From the IMG/VR virus record IMGVR_UViG_3300036822_000086: a DNA stretch of 25,331 nucleotides. One strand, written 5' to 3'. Below the pieces are notes generated by a model. That model did no database searches and was not told where the DNA came from. It worked only from the letters and a program-made list of their open reading frames with translations. Both the position numbers and the translations under genes were made by a program. Below, piece by piece: positions 23,382 through 25,331 of the stretch. The stretch is from an uncultured virus (IMG/VR IMGVR_UViG_3300036822_000086). Taxonomy: Duplodnaviria > Heunggongvirae > Uroviricota > Caudoviricetes. Positions within the stretch are counted from its first letter, which is position 1. Every line of letters starts with the position of its first letter.

Positions 23382-23770
23382 TGATTGAGAACTCGCCGAT
23401 CGCGATGATTCTGGAAGCGACGAAGAAAATATCTGAAGCGCTGCAATTACTGCAAGCCGCATTGCAGGCCACCGAAGCGCGCAAGATCGACGGCAAGCCG
23501 TTCGAGATCGATTTTGCCTTTCTCGACGCCCCGTTGGAAGACGTCGAATGGGGATACGATCACAAGCGGCGCCTGCTCAACATGTTCGAGGATTGGAACA
23601 AGTTCGAGACGCGTTCGGACAATCCCGACGTGCCGCGCTTGCTGGTGACGGTGCGCGACTTGCTGACGATAAGCGAAGACGAATTGCTGGCCACCCCGCG
23701 CGTCGGCGAGCAAGCTATAGGGCGCATTCGTGCAGTGCTCGCCAAACATGGGTTGGTCCTGAAGGTGTGA
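23381..23770 (+). CDS. RNA polymerase alpha C-terminal-domain-like protein
   Basis: LDAPLEDVE...TVRDLLTISEDELLATPRVGEQAIGRIRAVLAKHGLVL parallels alpha-CTD [37 protein letters not shown]. Confidence 0.8.
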   Translation: MIENSPIAMILEATKKISEALQLLQAALQATEARKIDGKPFEIDFAFLDAPLEDVEWGYDHKRRLLNMFEDWNKFETRSDNPDVPRLLVTVRDLLTISEDELLATPRVGEQAIGRIRAVLAKHGLVLKV

Positions 23771-23846
23771 TTTGGGGCTCATAAATGACGGATCAAATAA
23801 GGCCAGTAGATCGGCTCGATCACAGTGAGATCGTGAGACACCGGTT

Positions 23847-24032
23847 ATGAACAAATCGCCCTTTGCAGTTCGCCGAGAGGACGCCCTGGAATGGCGCACC
23901 GTCCCAAAGAGACTTGCTGAGGTTGCTGAGCGTAGCGGATTCCGTGTCCGTGCTAATAGCGCCGGTAAAGTCTGGCAGGTGTGGGCCACCGAAAGCGAGT
24001 ATATCCACCTCCAAAGCCAACTTTTCGCGTAG
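23847..24032 (+). CDS. Hypothetical protein
   Basis: 61-aa ORF in operon orientation. Confidence 0.55.
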   Translation: MNKSPFAVRREDALEWRTVPKRLAEVAERSGFRVRANSAGKVWQVWATESEYIHLQSQLFA

Positions 24033-24046
24033 GACAGGAGACAGCG

Positions 24047-24274
24047 GTGACGGTTTCCAGGCTGGACGAATGGGGCATCGATAGGCTTGAGCGCGAGAAT
24101 GAGCGCCTTCGTCAAGTCTATGATCAGCTTGTAGGAGAAAAAGAGCGATATCGGCGTGTGATCCAAGATTTTGCGAATGAGGCAAATTGGACTTTTCGTC
24201 CTGGCTGTCTCCAATGGACAGCTAAGCGCAACGCAATCGAGTACGCTCAATCAGTCCTTGCGGGAAAGGAATAG
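24047..24274 (+). CDS. Hypothetical coiled-coil protein
   Basis: GTG start after AGGAG; RLERENERLR. Confidence 0.7.
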   Translation: MTVSRLDEWGIDRLERENERLRQVYDQLVGEKERYRRVIQDFANEANWTFRPGCLQWTAKRNAIEYAQSVLAGKE

Positions 24275-24279
24275 TCCCG

Positions 24280-24363
24280 ATGAAGCGTCTAGTCGGATAC
24301 GTAAACGTGCTCACTGGCGAGTTCCGCCCCGTGCATCCGGCTCTTTGGTATTGGGTTGTATAA
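24280..24363 (+). CDS. 27-aa microprotein MKRLVGYVNVLTGEFRPVHPALWYWVV
   Basis: AAGGA RBS; fills the gap between two genes; below the ORF-track cutoff. Confidence 0.5.
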   Translation: MKRLVGYVNVLTGEFRPVHPALWYWVV

Positions 24364-24368
24364 GGAAA

Positions 24369-24539
24369 ATGCGCAGCCAAGATCAGATTGCCAAGGAGAT
24401 CGCGTCAAGGCAGACGCACTGCTACACCTGCGGCAAGAAGCTGACCGGCTACGGCGCATATGAATGCCATGTGTGCCATGAATGGCAGTGCTCAAAGGAA
24501 TGTCTCGAAAAACACACCCGAGATATGAAAAATATTTAA
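24369..24539 (+). CDS. Small zinc-finger protein
   Basis: CYTCG...CHVC...CSKEC..H; TAAGGA RBS. Confidence 0.75.
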   Translation: MRSQDQIAKEIASRQTHCYTCGKKLTGYGAYECHVCHEWQCSKECLEKHTRDMKNI

Positions 24540-24603
24540 CGGCGGTCATGCCGACACACCGAGCTTTAAGTTGTCGGCGTACTCAAATCGGAGATAGAAC
24601 CCG

Positions 24604-24750
24604 ATGTATGAGTTAGCGAAAAAGCAAGTTCAGGAACTAGTGGAAAAGGCGACCAAGGCCGATAAGGCTGCGGAGGCGATTAACTTCTCTCAGGCCGCGC
24701 TCAACGCGGCGCATGCGTTCCAAGTCCTTGAGATTATCGACAAGAAGTGA
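24604..24750 (+). CDS. 48-aa helical protein (FSQAALNAA motif)
   Basis: GGAG RBS; MYELAKKQVQELVEKATKADKAAEAINFSQAALNAAHAFQVLEIIDKK; below the ORF-track cutoff. Confidence 0.75.
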   Translation: MYELAKKQVQELVEKATKADKAAEAINFSQAALNAAHAFQVLEIIDKK

Positions 24751-24756
24751 AAACAC

Positions 24757-24780
24757 GCCGCCCTCGGAAACGGGGGCGGC
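24757..24780 (+). other. GAAA-tetraloop hairpin after the 48-aa gene
   Basis: GCCGCCCTCG-GAAA-CGGGGGCGGC; no U-tract on the + strand. Confidence 0.65.
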
Positions 24781-24943
24781 CTCACCGGCTGAATGTCAAG
24801 CCCGACTAGGCAAAACAGACGAAAGGTAAACTCCCGACGAAATTCCCGCCCCTGGATATGGGGCACTTAGCAGGGGCGGTCGATAGCCACGAACTCCGAG
24901 CCTAGCTCGGCGGCCCGCCCCACCAACACTGTGAAAGAAGCCC

Positions 24944-25117
24944 GTGGAACAACCTGAGAAACTACGTCACGCGATCATTGCCAAATTCTTCGAACCGCAA
25001 GTGCGAGACATGGGCGGCGGATTGAGGATCGTTGAGTTACCGAACTACATCACGGTCGAGGAACGAGATTTTATTGTAAGGGCTGTCAGTGAATATTCTC
25101 CAAAGCCAACAGAGTGA
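24944..25117 (+). CDS. 57-aa hypothetical protein
   Basis: GTG start; MEQPEKLRHAIIAKFFEPQVRDMGGGLRIVELPNYITVEERDFIVRAVSEYSPKPTE. Confidence 0.55.
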   Translation: MEQPEKLRHAIIAKFFEPQVRDMGGGLRIVELPNYITVEERDFIVRAVSEYSPKPTE

Positions 25118-25126
25118 GAAACGCCC

Positions 25127-25331
25127 GTGGATGTAACCAGAGATCCAAAATATAGGGCCGCTAACGCGATCCCGTTTTTCTTCCACGAGGGGGACCGGGT
25201 AGCCAAGCGCGGCGGGGATTATTCGTTTGTTGGTGTGGTGCTGGCCGCCTTTTCCAAGCGCAGCGGCAGTCCTCGGTACGCCGTCGAGAATGACGATGGA
25301 CTGATTCATATCTTCAACGGCGAGCAACTAG
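25127..25331 (+). CDS. SH3-fold protein resembling R67/DfrB dihydrofolate reductase; runs off the right edge
   Basis: FHEGDRVAKRGGDYSFVGVV...RYAVENDDGLIHIFNGEQL versus R67 FGMGDRVRKKSG..WQGQIV...GYAVES...SVQIYPVAAL. Confidence 0.65.
   Translation, partial: MDVTRDPKYRAANAIPFFFHEGDRVAKRGGDYSFVGVVLAAFSKRSGSPRYAVENDDGLIHIFNGEQL

Larger units (their letters stand above)
1..25331. mobile_element. Segment of a tailed phage or prophage genome (early, replication, recombination and late-control region)
   Basis: Cro-like HTH, YqaJ exonuclease, VRR-NUC, AAA_25 helicase, orphan methylases, gp74-type HNH, dense small ORFs coupled by ATGA overlaps, no host housekeeping genes. Confidence 0.93.

Noticed and set aside
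24870..24965. Self-cleaving ribozyme
   Set aside because: No hammerhead CUGAnGA/GAAA core in a proper stem context and no HDV-like nested pseudoknot could be built
25127..25331. Calling the last gene a trimethoprim-resistance dfrB
   Set aside because: The VQIY motif is IHIF, the conserved Trp residues are absent, and the gene is truncated by the window

Overview
The whole window reads as part of a GC-rich tailed-phage or prophage genome, probably of an alphaproteobacterial host (inferred from protein families, not proven). It covers the early and middle regions and the junction to the late region. A Cro/YdaS-like gene (17347-17604, -) heads a leftward arm: wHTH protein, VRR-NUC nuclease, AAA_25/RepA-type helicase, ParB-like protein, Dam-type methylase, a PD-(D/E)xK-like protein convergent with an MT-A70 methylase, an origin-like repeat tract, an RfaH-like NusG paralog, a gp74-type HNH nuclease and a cos-like site. 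The rightward arm carries a YqaJ exonuclease, a putative annealing protein and about 20 small accessory genes, including an RNAP alpha-CTD-like protein and a DfrB/R67-like SH3 protein. No CI repressor, integrase, terminase, structural gene, canonical tRNA or CRISPR array is visible. The most interesting signals are an ops/JUMPstart-like element just downstream of the RfaH-like gene, a 70-nt cloverleaf RNA in the leader of the nuclease-like gene, a CTATC-N4-GATAG operator shared by the cro promoter and a secreted-protein gene 17 kb away, a pentamer-phased non-coding array, and an RMF-like tail on the annealing protein. All family calls come from motif recognition by eye; no searches were run.
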